The translations under genes were made by a program, and so were the position numbers. The notes beneath the pieces were generated by a model. That model had not been told where the DNA came from. It made no database searches and was given only the letters and a program-made list of their open reading frames with translations. From Octopus vulgaris (lineage: Eukaryota): 64,000 nucleotides of DNA. Each line of letters starts with the position of its first letter. Position 1 is the stretch's first letter. Shown one piece after another: positions 39,620-52,322 of this stretch. The stretch spans positions 63,674,001 through 63,738,000 of the forward strand of contig OX597816.1 of assembly GCA_951406725.2 (NCBI GenBank). The letters are read 5' to 3'.

Positions 39620-39885
39620 CTTTGTATTTTTCCCTACACTACTTGACAACCATTTGTTGGTTTGTTTGCATCCCCATTACAAAAGAGGCTGCTAAAAATA
39701 TGTAACAAACCTAAAAAGAATCTGTACTAGGAGCAATTTGTTCGATGATATCCTGAAAGGTGGTGTCCCAGTATGGCCACAGTCCAATGACCGAAACAAA
39801 TAAATATATTCTACCTGTAAATGCCTAACACAAACTCATTTATATATTTATGAACACACACGCACACACACACACACGTATATTC

Positions 39886-39927
<42 letters not shown>

Positions 39928-40076
39928 TTGTGTGGTAAGAAGCTTGCTTCTCAACCACATGGTTCCGGGTTCTGTCTCACTGCGTGACATCTTGGGTGAG
40001 TGTATTTTACTATAGCTTCGTGCCGATCAAAGCCTTGTGAGTGGATTTGGTAGACGGAAACTGAAAGTAGCTCATC

Positions 40077-40135
<59 letters not shown>

Positions 40136-40240
40136 CATATGTATGTATGTATGTATGTATGTAATGGTTGTATGTATGTATGTATGTATGTATGTATGTA
40201 TGTATGTATTTGTGCATCTGTGTTTGTTCCCCGCCATTTA
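39620..40240 (+). mobile_element. SINE family A pieces (tail 39620-39805; head and body 39925-40240)
   Basis: Family A blocks separated by microsatellites. Confidence 0.75.
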
Positions 40241-40304
40241 GACAATTCCGCATTTCTTATACAAGGGAAATCGCAGAATTTATACAGCGCAATACTTAAC
40301 AAGT

Positions 40305-40920
40305 GGAGGCACATGGCATAGTGGTTAGAGCAGCGTAGTCTCGGTCGAGGGATCGCGGGTATGTTTATGAGCGAAACCCCTAAGCTCCACGCGGCTCCAG
40401 CAAAAGGTAATGGCGAACTTCTGCTGACTCTTTCGTCACAACTTTCTCTCGCTTTTCCTCTTGCAGCTCACCTGCGACGGACCGGCGTCCCGTCCAGGTG
40501 GAGAACCTATACACCAAGGAAACTGGGAAACGGCCTTTTTGAGCCAGGCGTGGCTCGAGAAGGAACAAACATCAACAACAGTGGAGTCGCAATGGCCCAG
40601 TGGTTAGGGCAGCGGACTCGCGGTTTCTATTCCCAGACCGGGCGTTGTGTGTGTTTATTGAGCGAAAAACACCTAAAGCTCCACGAGGCTCCGGCAGGGG
40701 GTGGTGGTGACCCCTGTTGTACTCTTTCGTTCCAACTTTCTCTCACTCTTTCTTGTCCCCGACTTCCTACGCAACCGCTGAGCCTGGATGCGCATTCATC
40801 CTTCCGTCGATGCTCTCGGTGTCGGGGGTTGACCTGCTTTCTCTTCTGCGGGTCTTACGAATAGCAAAGGACTAACATTTCGGACTTCCGTCAATGGGAC
40901 AAAGACCGCTTCGCTCAACA
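40305..40920 (+). mobile_element. Two tandem SINE family C copies with different tails (type 3: 40305-40570; type 1: 40583-40920)
   Basis: Two tRNA-like heads. First tail CCTGCGACGGACCGGCGTCCCGTCCAGG is V-domain-like; second tail matches 29770-29940. Confidence 0.85.
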
Positions 40921-41504
40921 AACAAAGAAACAAACAAACAAGCATCAACAACAATAATTAACAAGTTCATACATAGGTAACCTTAATTCTGACGATGTAT
41001 TCACTAGGTTATTGATATTCTTTAGCTATTTACTTTTGCATTATGTTCTGTACAGCTAAAGCGGCATCAGCAGTAGCAATGAAACATTTATCAAGCAACT
41101 GTTACGTCTGATATAAACAGAATTATATAAAAAAACAGCAGCAACAACAACAGTAAAAGTTACAACAATAATAACAAAACATTAAAATAATAGCGATTTT
41201 TAAATATTTATCATTTATCTTCAGACAAATAATACAAATGAATATGCAGACAAAAACGTATATGCTATAAAAGAATATAAAGTATTTAAAAGTTAGTATC
41301 ATATCAGAAAGAACATAAGTATCATCTATAAATGAAGATGATGATATATGATAAGACTGTTGTTGTTGTTGTTGTTGTTAAATCTAATGATAACGGCAAT
41401 AACCTTAATGATATTGATAATATAGAGAAAAAGTTGATGGTGAAAAATATAAATATATTGGTGATTCATTATCACCTTCTTCTTCTTCTTCTTCTTCTTC
41501 TTCT

Positions 41505-41550
<46 letters not shown>

Positions 41551-41566
41551 ATTATTATTATTATTA

Positions 41567-41630
<64 letters not shown>

Positions 41631-43988
41631 TGTGCAGCTGTTGATGTAGAGGAAGATGCAGTAGATACTGTCTGTATATTTTCTCATAAAAGATGGTAGA
41701 TAACTGCTGGATAATACTGGAAGTCTTTGACGAGAGCAACAAAAAGTAACCCATTGAGTTCCACTTTAAGTGAATGTTCAAAGACAGAGCCGTTCTCCAG
41801 ATGGGTGTTGTTGTTGTTGATTGAGTAAAATATTGATAAAAGTTCTACTTGGAGAAACAAGTTTTGTAATATTATGAGTTACACCATTGTATCGTACAAT
41901 TTATCACTTAGAAATATCTGTCTACTGATGATTTGAAAATGTACTAAGAAGGCTACTTAAAAACATTCGACAATGGAATAAGATATCTTAAAGAAACGAG
42001 TGATAGTGTAAATTCTGTATAATAGATTAGTGTTTCACTCTCAACATCTTGCTCTGTATTTTGATAATTAACATGCGCAAAGAATAGGAGTTAGCGTTAT
42101 TTTTCTAGTTCACTTACTGAATTTTGCGGAGGACGAGTAAATATCAATGACTTTTACAGACTTTCCGAGATGGGGGAGCTTAATGGCATGAATGTTGCGT
42201 TTATACTGTTGCAAGCGAAGACCTGCGTGAGAAGACATGATCAAGGAGTGGGTCCTAGAGGGATGGTGTTCGAGGTAGGAAATACTTGGAAGAGTGGGAA
42301 TGCAGGGCCTGGGTGGTATATTGGCGTATATTACAAGTTTGATGCGAAATGAAGAGATGAGTCGGTCGGTAGTGGGTGAGTGTACTTAGACAAACCTGAC
42401 TAGTCACCTCTGTGGATCAGAAGCCATTAGAGAAAAGACAAAGTATCATGACAATAAGGAGATATTGTGGCGTGTTTGTCAGTGAGATAATTTAAGATAA
42501 GATTGAATTTTCCTTACTTGTCAGTATCTTCCGTTCAATAAAGTTTATCAGTAGTAAAATAATATGACAAAACAAATTGAATAACTATTAAAGCAACACG
42601 CTGTTAATCTACTACTACCATAGTATAAAGCAAGTTGTATGTATGAACTAAATACGCGATTTTGAAGGAAAAAGAGTGACATGATTTGGAAAAATCATAT
42701 TTGAAAAATCACTACTTTAAAGATGTGAAGAAGAATTTTTAGAGATGATTTAAAATTTATCTATACATTAATACAGAGAAAAAGATGAATAAAAGGCAAG
42801 TAAAGGAACTGAGAAATTATTGGGAGATTGCCTTGAAAAGATATAGTGCAATACTTTGGGCAAATGTAATTAACGGCTTAGGTAGAGTAACTAACTTCCA
42901 GAGACATTTGAAAAGACAGCTGTCTGTTTATTGACGAAGTTTGTCTACATATAGAAAACTTCTTGGGTGAAACTGAAACTGAAAATATATTAAGAAAGGT
43001 ACACAGTAAAATTGTATAATTGGACACAGTGGTTTTTTTCTTTCTTTTTTTTTTTTGGTCATTAATGAAAACTTAGAAGCATTGTGCTTGTATCATAAGC
43101 AATAGCAATAACTACAAAAAGGAGACAATAGAATATCAGCACATTGGCTATATGCTACAGAATGGGTAAGATATTAAAAAAGGAGGTGATGTTTTGTAAA
43201 ATCATCGATAGCAAACAATATCTGAAGACAGAAACTTTGAAACCTAGAAAGAAGGGAAAGCTGATGTAGAAGGAGCTAACGTTTTAAACTCCTATTAAGA
43301 GAGAATATAAGAGTAATTTCAAATAATGGGCGCCTAAGGAATTATCTCTCATTATTTACAAAGATGAATTAATACGACATTTTCTCTTTGTTTCCCGTCT
43401 GCAAGAATGCGAATCGTTTGAAGCATACTTTGTTGTATATCTCGGGAGGGTTCATTATGCCAATAATAAACATACGCACTGGTTCTATTTCACTTCTTTA
43501 TTTTGTTTTGTCAATGGGTTTACTATTTAACTAATAAACAGATCGATAAGTAAATCAGTCAATCAATCAGGTTTCTCAAAGGCCTTTCGTCACCATTCAC
43601 AGCTTCATCCTTGAGATGCCTTCGCTACTCCAGGTCTACTAACATTTTTCGAAAATGCTACTTTTTAATACTGTATATGAATAATGAGTTCTCTTACCTA
43701 CAGTAACTAACTTGTAATAATGAAGCACAGTTCGGGTTTGAATAAAACTCTGGTTCTTGTTGTATTAACCCTAGATGGGTGAAAGGAACATCAAGCATAT
43801 AAAAAGTGTAAGCGATTTTCTGTGAATAGCAAATAGAATCATTATAAAATATAATGGGAACCAAGAAGATTTCGTGGCAACAACGATAAAAGTTGGCTCT
43901 CATCACTCAAAGATATATTTGAACTTATATTAGATGACAATAATGATATAGGCGTAGGAGTGGCTGTGTGGTAAGTAGCTTCTTACCA

Positions 43989-46038
43989 GACAGAAGTGCT
44001 GTTTTTTGCTCCGGCAAATGTCACGTGTTAACGTGAATTTTTGAACATTTACGGCAAAAGGTAGGACATTTTGGATATTTTTGGAAGCATAGTGAGGTTT
44101 ATTGCTTGCCGTTAATACTTTTTTGGCATTAATGTTAATTAGTGTTAACACTTTTCTGCGCGTAATAGGCTTCACTTGCTTCGGATGTATTTGTTCTGCC
44201 TGTTGGCGTATTTATTGTCTCACCTTTTAGTGAGAATTGTGTATTTTGAAGAGGCATAGCCCCTCATCAAAAATTAATTTGTTCGCTTGGATTTACCACG
44301 GAGAACCAATTGTGCTTGGATTTACCACGGAGAACCAAGTGTGCTGCAACTAGGAGTACCCTGTTTCGTGAGGATTACCAGTTGCAGAACTGTGTTGCCA
44401 TTATTTGAACTGTCTTCCTTCGTCCTTTTCTCTGTTCTGTCTTTCTGTTCTGTCATTGTGTTTTTTTCTTATTGGACTTTGAACTTTTTGTTGAACTTTT
44501 TTTCAAAATCATGGCAACAAAAGAAACCACTACTTTGGAATGGGAGGTTGTCCCACCCAAGCAGTGGATTGAAAGTCTTGAGAAGAGGACGGTGGTCCTA
44601 CGAACCTATTCTAGGTCGCGTGGAGCTATCGCCCTCTTCGACAGGAGCACCATAGAGAAAGAGTTGGGGGACCACCTACCAACGATAAAGTTTATTTCTC
44701 GGGGGACTAAATTTGCAACGGTGTGGTTGCTGTTTGGTACCCCCGAGGAAGCTAGCAGATTTGCTAGCGAGCCACTGGAGGGAGAGGAAATTTTGTTCCT
44801 CCCCTCGTATTGTGGCAGAAAAGTAAAAAGAGCCCGGGTTTGTGGGCTGCCCCCGGGCACGGAGGCGGAATGGATCGAGAAGACCATCCGGCGAGGCCTG
44901 GGGGATAGCGGACTCAGGCTACTGAGTGTGAAAATGGCTCCCACGGTTGCCTGGGAGGGGTCAAAGGCAACTTTGACCCTGTGGACACCGGTGGCCGTGG
45001 GAGAAATGAAATTCCCGGACTTCCTGAGAATGGCTGGGCACAGGTACCCGGTGATACTCGAGGGACGCCCCCCCCCAAGTGTCACCTGTGCCTGAAGCCC
45101 GGACATATCAAGAGGAATTATCCCGGGGGCCGTGGTGGTGCCCCGGAGCATGAAGGGGAAAAGCCGCCCGCCGCCCCCTCATTGGAGGGGGAGACGGTGG
45201 AAGTCGTGGAGGAGGTTGCCTCCACGAAAAGAAAGAGACAGGCGAGCAACAATGGCTGCTCGCCAAAGAACGCTCAGGTGGCGGAGGGGGATAGCGATCC
45301 CCGTGTCTGGTGACGGAGTCCCCTGGGTCAGCAGTCTCCCCCAAAAGAAGGAGGAGAAAAAGAAAGAAAGGTCGGGCGGCTGATATCCATGAGCCGCAGA
45401 CGTTGGCGGGAACTGTGCCGCCAACGAAAGAACTGAACGTATTGGTCCTCTTCTATAGAGGAGGAGAAATTGAAAAAAAAATGATGGAAGAGTACCACAA
45501 GGGAGCTCCTTTAGCCTTCACACAGGACCCCGAATGGCCTCCGAAGATAGCTGTGGAGGCCGTGGCGTTCGACGTGACGCTTGGGCTAAAGGAGCTCAAT
45601 GAAGATTATAGCTTGGTCCCGGGCGACGCGAACTCGGAACTTGATTACGTTCTGAGGGAGGCGTGTATGATGGTGGAGGGCGCGGGCACAAGCTATTTCG
45701 AGGACGATATGTAATTATTGAACTGTTAGTATTAATAATGGACTGCTAAGTCCAAAAATTGGAAAATTGAAAGAGGTTTAATACCTCGTTTTGCATTTTT
45801 ATTAATAATGGACTGCTAAGTCCAAAAATTGGAAAAATTGTAAGAGGTTTAATACCTCGTTTTGTGTTTATCTTTAAAAAGAACAATGTTTTAGAGAAGC
45901 GAAAGTCGGCGGGCGCTTTTTGTCTTCTCCCATCCTTATCATCTGTCTTTCATTATCATTCACTTCATTAATGTCCTCGTCCAGCCCGCAAAGCTAACTT
46001 AATCTGTGTACTGCCTTTATGGCAAATGTTTTGAAATA
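43989..46038 (+). mobile_element. ORF1-only (HAL1-like) non-autonomous non-LTR retroelement, Tx1/L1-related
   Basis: ~520-nt 5' UTR, a single gag-like ORF, 3' UTR ending in AATAAA. Flanked by AAGTAGCTTCTTACCA (43973-43988) and AAGTAGCTTCCTTATTA (46039-46055). No RT or endonuclease sequence seen. Confidence 0.78.
44511..45714 (+). pseudogene. LINE ORF1-like nucleic-acid-binding protein (RRM-like region + zinc knuckle), two frameshifts
   Basis: MATKETTTLEW..KRARVCGLPPGTEAEWIE..YPVILEGRPP / KCHLCLKPGHIKRNYP (CX2CX4HX4[C>Y]) / PKRRRRKRKK..YFEDDM*. Frame shifts at the C9 run 45068-45076 and near 45310. Confidence 0.78.
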
Positions 46039-46699
46039 AAGTAGCTTCCTTATTAACCACATGGTCCCGGGTTCAGTCCCGCAGCGTGAAACCTAGTCTT
46101 CTACTATACCCTCGGGCCGACCAAAGCCTTGTGAGTGGATTTGGTAGAGGGAAACTGAAAGAAGCCCTTCATATATATGTATGTATATATATATATATAT
46201 ATATATGGCCTAGTGGTTAGGGCAGCGGACTCGCGGTCGCAGGATCGCGGTTTCGATTCTCAGACCGGGCGTTGTGTGTGTTTATTGAGCGAAAACACCT
46301 AAAAGCTCTACGAGGCTCCGGCAGGGGGTGGTGATCCCTGCTGTACTCTTTCACCACAATGGCGGTGCCCCAGCATGGCCACAGCTCAAGAGCTGAAACT
46401 GGAAAAACAAAAACAAAACAAACAAATATATATGTGTGTGTGTGTGTGTGTGTTTGTGTTTGTCGCCCCAACATCGCTTGATGCTGGTGTGTTTACGTTG
46501 CCGTAACTTAGCGGTTCGGCAAAATAGACCGATAGAATAAGTACAAGGCTTACAAAGAATAAGTCCTGGGGTCTATTTGCTCGACTAAAGGCGGTACTCC
46601 AGCATGGCCACAGTCAAATAACTGAAACAAATAAAAGTGGAAAGAGTAAAAGGGTAAGCAAAAAGTTATTATCCAGAACAAATTTATTATAAAATAGAC

Positions 46700-46830
46700 T
46701 CCCGCCGAGGTCGACTTTGTCCTTCATCTTTTCGGGGTCGATAAATTAAGTACCAGTTGCGTACTGGGGTCTGTCCAATCGACTGGCTCCCACTCCCAAA
46801 ATTTCGGGCTTTGTGCCTAGAGTAGAAAAG
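46700..46830 (+). mobile_element. SINE family B, 5'-truncated
   Basis: CCGCCGAGGTCGACTTTGTCCTTCATCTTTTCGGGGTCGATAAATTAAGTACC. Confidence 0.8.
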
Positions 46831-47316
46831 ATTATGAAATAGACTCCTGCAAAAATAACCACTGGAATATTTTAACAGAATTCATCCTCCTAGTTTGCTA
46901 TGCCCGTTTTATTCGAGCGGGCTCATTAAATAAAAGCAATTTGTTGGAATAAATGAATCATGGTTGATTATACAAAATTGTCCCTCAAAGTATCTCAACA
47001 AATTCTGTAAGGTACAGTATAAACTGCTTGAATGTTTTCTCGTTAATCTTGGAAAATTTTGCGATCTTAGTTGTGTTATTTGCGCTAAACAAGTACACAT
47101 TACTATGTAATATGTTAATAAATTCAATGGATGTATTTCCCTTCCTTTCTAGATGTTGTCTTAACACAAATCAGTATGTACGAATGTTGTTGCAATGCGA
47201 CAAAGAATTTATTTTAAACACGTGAAAAATATTTCAAAACTACATTTGAAATGCAATGTCATCAATATTTTTACACTATTAGATGTAAAATATAGCTTTG
47301 AAATATGGTACTTAGT

Positions 47317-47822
47317 GGAGGCGCAATGGCCCTGTGGTTAGGGCAGCGGACTCGCGGTCGTAGGATCGCGGTTTCGATTCCCAGACCGGGCAATGTGAAT
47401 GTTTATTGAGCGAAAACACCTAATGCTCCGCAAGTCTCTGGCAGGTGTGGGGTGAACCCTGCTGTACTCTTTGACCACAACTTTGTATCACTCTTTCTTC
47501 TTGTTTCTGTTGTACCTGTATTTTAAAGGGGCTAGCCTTGTCACACTCTGTGTCACGCTGAATCTCCCCGAGAACTACGTTAAGGGTTCACATGTCTGTG
47601 GTGTGCCCAGCCACTTGCACGTTAATAAATGAGCTGCGACGTCACTGGTGCCAAAGTGTATCGGACTTTGCCTTGCCCTTGGATAACATTGGTGGAGTGG
47701 AGAGGGGAAGCTGGTATATGTGTGCGACTGCTGGTTTTCCAAAAACAACCTTGTTCAGACTTGTGCCTGGGAGGATAACTTTCTAGGTGCAATCTCATGG
47801 TCATTCATGACCGCAGGGGCTC
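47317..47822 (+). mobile_element. SINE family C with long tail type 4
   Basis: Intact head GGAGGCGCAATGGCCCTGTGGTTAGGGCAGCGGACTCGCGGTCGTAGGATCGCGGTTTCGATTCCC; segment 47512-47625 is homologous to the reverse complement of ~62505-62622. Confidence 0.85.
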
Positions 47823-47849
47823 ACAGCACAACAAATATGGTACTTAAGA

Positions 47850-48140
47850 TAATGGTTGCGAGATGACGCTTCGGCGAAACATCACGAAGCGGACGCTACG
47901 GTTCTTTGGCGACGTCATGCGCCGGGATGGACTTGAGCGGACGATCATAACTGGCAGAGTGAACGGCAGACGTAAAAGAGGCAGACCTCCCACTTCTTGG
48001 CTGAAAGACATCACAGCCACAGGATTGTCTTTATTATCAGCTGTCCATGGGGTAGAGGACAGGAGAAGGTGGCAAGACATCATGATGACCACAGCATCAC
48101 ATAGTGCAAAACCTGACTAGGATGATGACGATGAAGATAA
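47850..48140 (+). pseudogene. RTE-clade LINE 3' fragment
   Basis: RTLRFFGDVMRRDGLERTIITGRVNGRRKRGRPPTSWLKDI..EDRRRW, followed by a (GAT)n-like tail. Confidence 0.85.
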
Positions 48141-48304
48141 TTCAACACAATAAGCTAATATAAAACATAACAACCCAGACTGAATCATACATTAAGACAA
48201 GTATGACACTACTTCATGTAAAGGACGCATCAAGGAAGGAGTTTCGATGTAGTCAGTGTTCAAATATTGCCGACTCGTGGAATTATATTCAAAATTATAT
48301 TCAA

Positions 48305-48537
48305 AAGGTGGCAAGCTGGCAGAAACGTTAGCACACCGGGCGTAATGCTTAGCGGTATTTCGTCTGTTGTTACGTTCTGAGTTCAAATTCCACCGAGGTC
48401 GACTTTGCCTTTCATCCTTTCGGGGTCGATAAATTAAGTATCAGTTACGCACTGGGGTCGATGTAATCGACTTAATACCTTTGTCTGTCCTTGTTTGTCC
48501 CCTCTATGTTTAGCCCTTTGTGGGCAATAAAGAAATA
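48305..48537 (+). mobile_element. Full-length SINE family B
   Basis: Head GGTGGCAAGCTGGCAGAAACGTTAGC to tail TAGCCCTTTGTGGGCAATAAAGAAAT. Confidence 0.9.
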
Positions 48538-48599
48538 TATATTCAACAGCTGCGTTTATATTGAATAGCTGCGTGTAGAACGGCTTCCGCTATCTCTCG

Positions 48600-48942
48600 A
48601 CTCTTTTATTCTTTTACCTATTTCAGTCATTTGACTGTGGTCATGCTGGAGCACCGCCTTTTTGTCGAAGAAATTGACCCTGGTACTTATTCCATCGGCC
48701 TATTTTGCCAAACCATTAATTTACGGGGAAGTAAACACACCAACATCGGTCGTAGAGCGATGGTGGTATGGTGATGGGGACAAGCACAAACACAAAGACA
48801 CAGTTTCAGTCTACCAGATCCACTCACAAGGCTTTGGTCGGTCCGAAGCTATAGTAGAAGACACTTGCACAAGGTGCCACGCAGTGGGACAGAACCTAGA
48901 ACCCATGTGGTTGGTAAGCAAGCTTCCTATGACACAGCTACG
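48600..48942 (-). mobile_element. SINE family A copy
   Basis: Reverse-complement family A blocks. Confidence 0.8.
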
Positions 48943-48944
48943 CT

Positions 48945-49880
48945 TCTTGAAGCCAACTCAACTACTCTCCTCGACTCGGAAGGGAAGGCGGACTTCATCG
49001 GCCTGGTGGCATTAGTGAAAGAAGCTCTGAGATTGGTAAAACCAAAAGAGACTCTACTCAGACGCTTTCTTCTGGGATCAACCTCGAATCTACTCTTTAA
49101 ATTCTATTTCAAAAGGAAACTTAAACTGGAGGAAACCCCACCACCTACTAAATACTGTAAATTAGTTGAAAGGAAGGTGGACAAACGTGGTAAGTGGCCT
49201 GAAGGAGTGGAACTACTGTGAGCTTGCGTCTGTAGGGTACAGAGAAGGGAGGGAAAAATGAGAGCTTTCTTGTGGTATTTTGATCCACGACTGGTGGTGG
49301 TTCTTTCGTTACCCTGAGGTGCACGCCTTCCTGTTTGGGACATCTGTCGCTATAATTTTTCTTGTGAATTGTTATCGTTGTATTGCTTATACGCTTATAT
49401 GTAAAGTCCTTCTGCCCATTGTCTATGAAATGTTGTAATTGACATTTCGACCCTTGTAACTAAGGGAGAAAGCAGTTTTCTTCTGCCTGGTGGCTATAAT
49501 GAACGAAATAATGTGTTAAACGAGGCTGGAAGGACTGAATACAGATATTTTCCTCTTCGGCTAAGCTCTGAGTGACCTCTTCGAGTTCCACTTGATAAGG
49601 AAAGTGAGTGTGGAAAGGGATGTGCTGCCCACCCCTCCAGTATTTTTGTTGAAAAGTGGATGAATGTGGACGGCTTGTGTGAATGGGCCTTCTCTGATCA
49701 TAGGATGTAAGCCAGAGGAGATGAGAAGGAGTGAGGTGCTTGCCTGCTCTTGGCGGTCAGGGTGACCAGGATGCGTGGGGGTTCCTTCGCTTTCATTGGG
49801 AGGCACAACCCGCTTTTTCGAAATTTTATTGATAGATTATATTGATACATTTTTGTTGCTAATGTTTACTGTTTTATTTT
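48945..49880 (+). pseudogene. Two tandem 3' fragments of related (probably Tx1/L1-like) LINE ORF2
   Basis: EGKADFIGLVALVKEAL..LFKFYFKRKLKLE (~48980-49135) aligns by eye with REKAVFFCLVAIMNEIMC*TRLEGLNTDIFL..LFEFHLIRKVSVERDVL (~49463-49630). The clade is inference. Confidence 0.6.
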
Positions 49881-49918
49881 AATTCGTGCAAGGCCACGTC
49901 TTCTTCTTCTTCTTCTTC

Positions 49919-49966
<48 letters not shown>

Positions 49967-51135
49967 TATGTTTGAATTTTGCTTTACATTTGCACAAGCT
50001 GGCTCCAAATCTCACCCAGAGACCTCAAGAGACAACAAGTTGGAAGTTCATGTTGGTGTTATTATTATTATTTTTATTATTATTATTATTGTTGTTGTTG
50101 TTGTTGTTGTTGTTATTGTTATTGTTATTATAGACGTCACACAGTATACAATATCGTGAGGTTTTTAGATTGACGATTTGGTGTCTACCGTTTGCCAAGT
50201 CACAACAAGGACCTCACACAGACATACGGAAGGGATTGAGATGTTGAACATTTTCACCCGACATTTTAAACTCAACTTACAGATTTTGTTGTATGCCATT
50301 AATAAACACATGGACTGGTACTATTTCACTTCTTTTGTTACTTTTTGTCAATTAGTCAACCAGTTAGTTAATTAACCAAACGATTGTTTGATAATTCGTT
50401 CGATCAATCAAACAATTATATTATTAATTAGGTATGTTTGTCAAAATACTTTCGTCGCCATTCGTTATCTCATCAATAAAATACCTTCCCTACTCCGACT
50501 CTGCTTCGAGACAGAGATACAAAAAAATCCGGTTCAACACATGAGTTCATAAACAAGAATTTCGTAAATCGAATCCAAAAATATACGAAAACGAAATATT
50601 CATCACAGCTCAATTCTGTTCTTCGCGACATCTTCCCAGTTGTTCCCATATTGGTGTTTCTGTCCCTTAAAAAAAATCCCTAGCAATGGTGCTGGTTAAA
50701 CTAATGATCATGATGTTATTGGTAATTTCAGACATATATTATTTTGCTGTTGCACCAAGAAACTGATTGAAGATAGAACGAAAACAACATATCAATGTAA
50801 TTTTTTTAGATATGGTTCCAAGCAAGAAGTCCATAAGATAAAAGTCTCTAATTCATATTTATATCTCCACATTTTTCATCGTTTTCTGTTTTTATGATTT
50901 CATATATATATATATATATATATATCACATATATGCATATCAAATATATATGTATCATATATATCATACGCACACACACGCACACACATATATATATGTA
51001 TGAATATATGTACATTATATATATGTGTATATATATACATATATGTATATATATGTATATATATATATAATTATATGAATGTATATATATATATAATTAT
51101 ATGAACGTATATTTATATATATATAATTATATGAA

Positions 51136-51189
<54 letters not shown>

Positions 51190-51404
51190 TCTATGTACAT
51201 TGCAATAGAACTTTGAAAGAGGGAAAAAAAAACTAAATGAAAATAGATAAAAAGAAATCTTATTATTTACTAAGATCTTCATTCGTATCATTTCCCCTGA
51301 CAGAAAACAATAGTAAACTTTGCAGACAGCTTCAAATTCTTCGGACGCAATAAATAACCACACACGTACATATAGAACGCTTCCATTATATAATACAAAA
51401 TATG

Positions 51405-51504
<100 letters not shown>

Positions 51505-51674
51505 AACAACTTTTCTTCTAAACATGCTATACTGAAGACAGAACTGCCTGAGAGTTAAATAATTTTATTAAAGATTTTTTCATATTTCATTATTACTCCT
51601 TTATGTTTAGTTTGGAAGTATTACTTTCTGAAGTTTATTAAAGTTTCGAGATCTTTTCCTACCATCAGATATAT

Positions 51675-51748
<74 letters not shown>

Positions 51749-51874
51749 TACATATATGTACATACCTACATCTACTTGTATATATACATTCATATATGGG
51801 TACAGGGCATAAAAAACGTTGAACACAATGAGAAACGAAAACATAAAAACAAAAACATGGAAACGAACTTATAC

Positions 51875-51905
<31 letters not shown>

Positions 51906-52046
51906 TGTATGTATGAATGTATGTATATATGTATGTATTATATATGTGTGTGTGCATATATCTGTGGTTATTTGCGTGTATGTATAAATGCATAAACGTC
52001 TGAATGCCTATATCCGTCTATCTATCTATCTGTCTATCTATGTATG

Positions 52047-52120
<74 letters not shown>

Positions 52121-52322
52121 ATTGTGTGTGTGTGTGTATGTGTGTCTGTGTGCTTAGTGGTCATTAGACAACCAAATTGCAAGTTCGCTCTCGTGTGCAT
52201 ACAGGAAGATGTATTATTAACATTAATTAAATTTAATTTAATTAATTCATTAAAATAAATTAAGAAAGCCTGTGAAAGTTTGTTCTAGTCTGTAGTAGTC
52301 TATGTAATTCTTAATTGAAGAA

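Larger units (their letters stand above)
43951..46655 (+). mobile_element. SINE family A hosting two nested insertions
   Basis: Head 43951-43988 resumes at 46039. A family C SINE sits in its (AT)n at 46206-46410. Tail at 46450-46655. Confidence 0.85.

Noticed and set aside
41326-41781. 151-aa ORF with poly-N and poly-K
   Set aside because: Length is driven by (AAT)n and (AAG)n; non-ATG start; no recognisable domain.
44606-45424. Minus-strand ORFs (181, 78 and 81 aa)
   Set aside because: Antisense shadows of the ORF1-like frame; no motifs.
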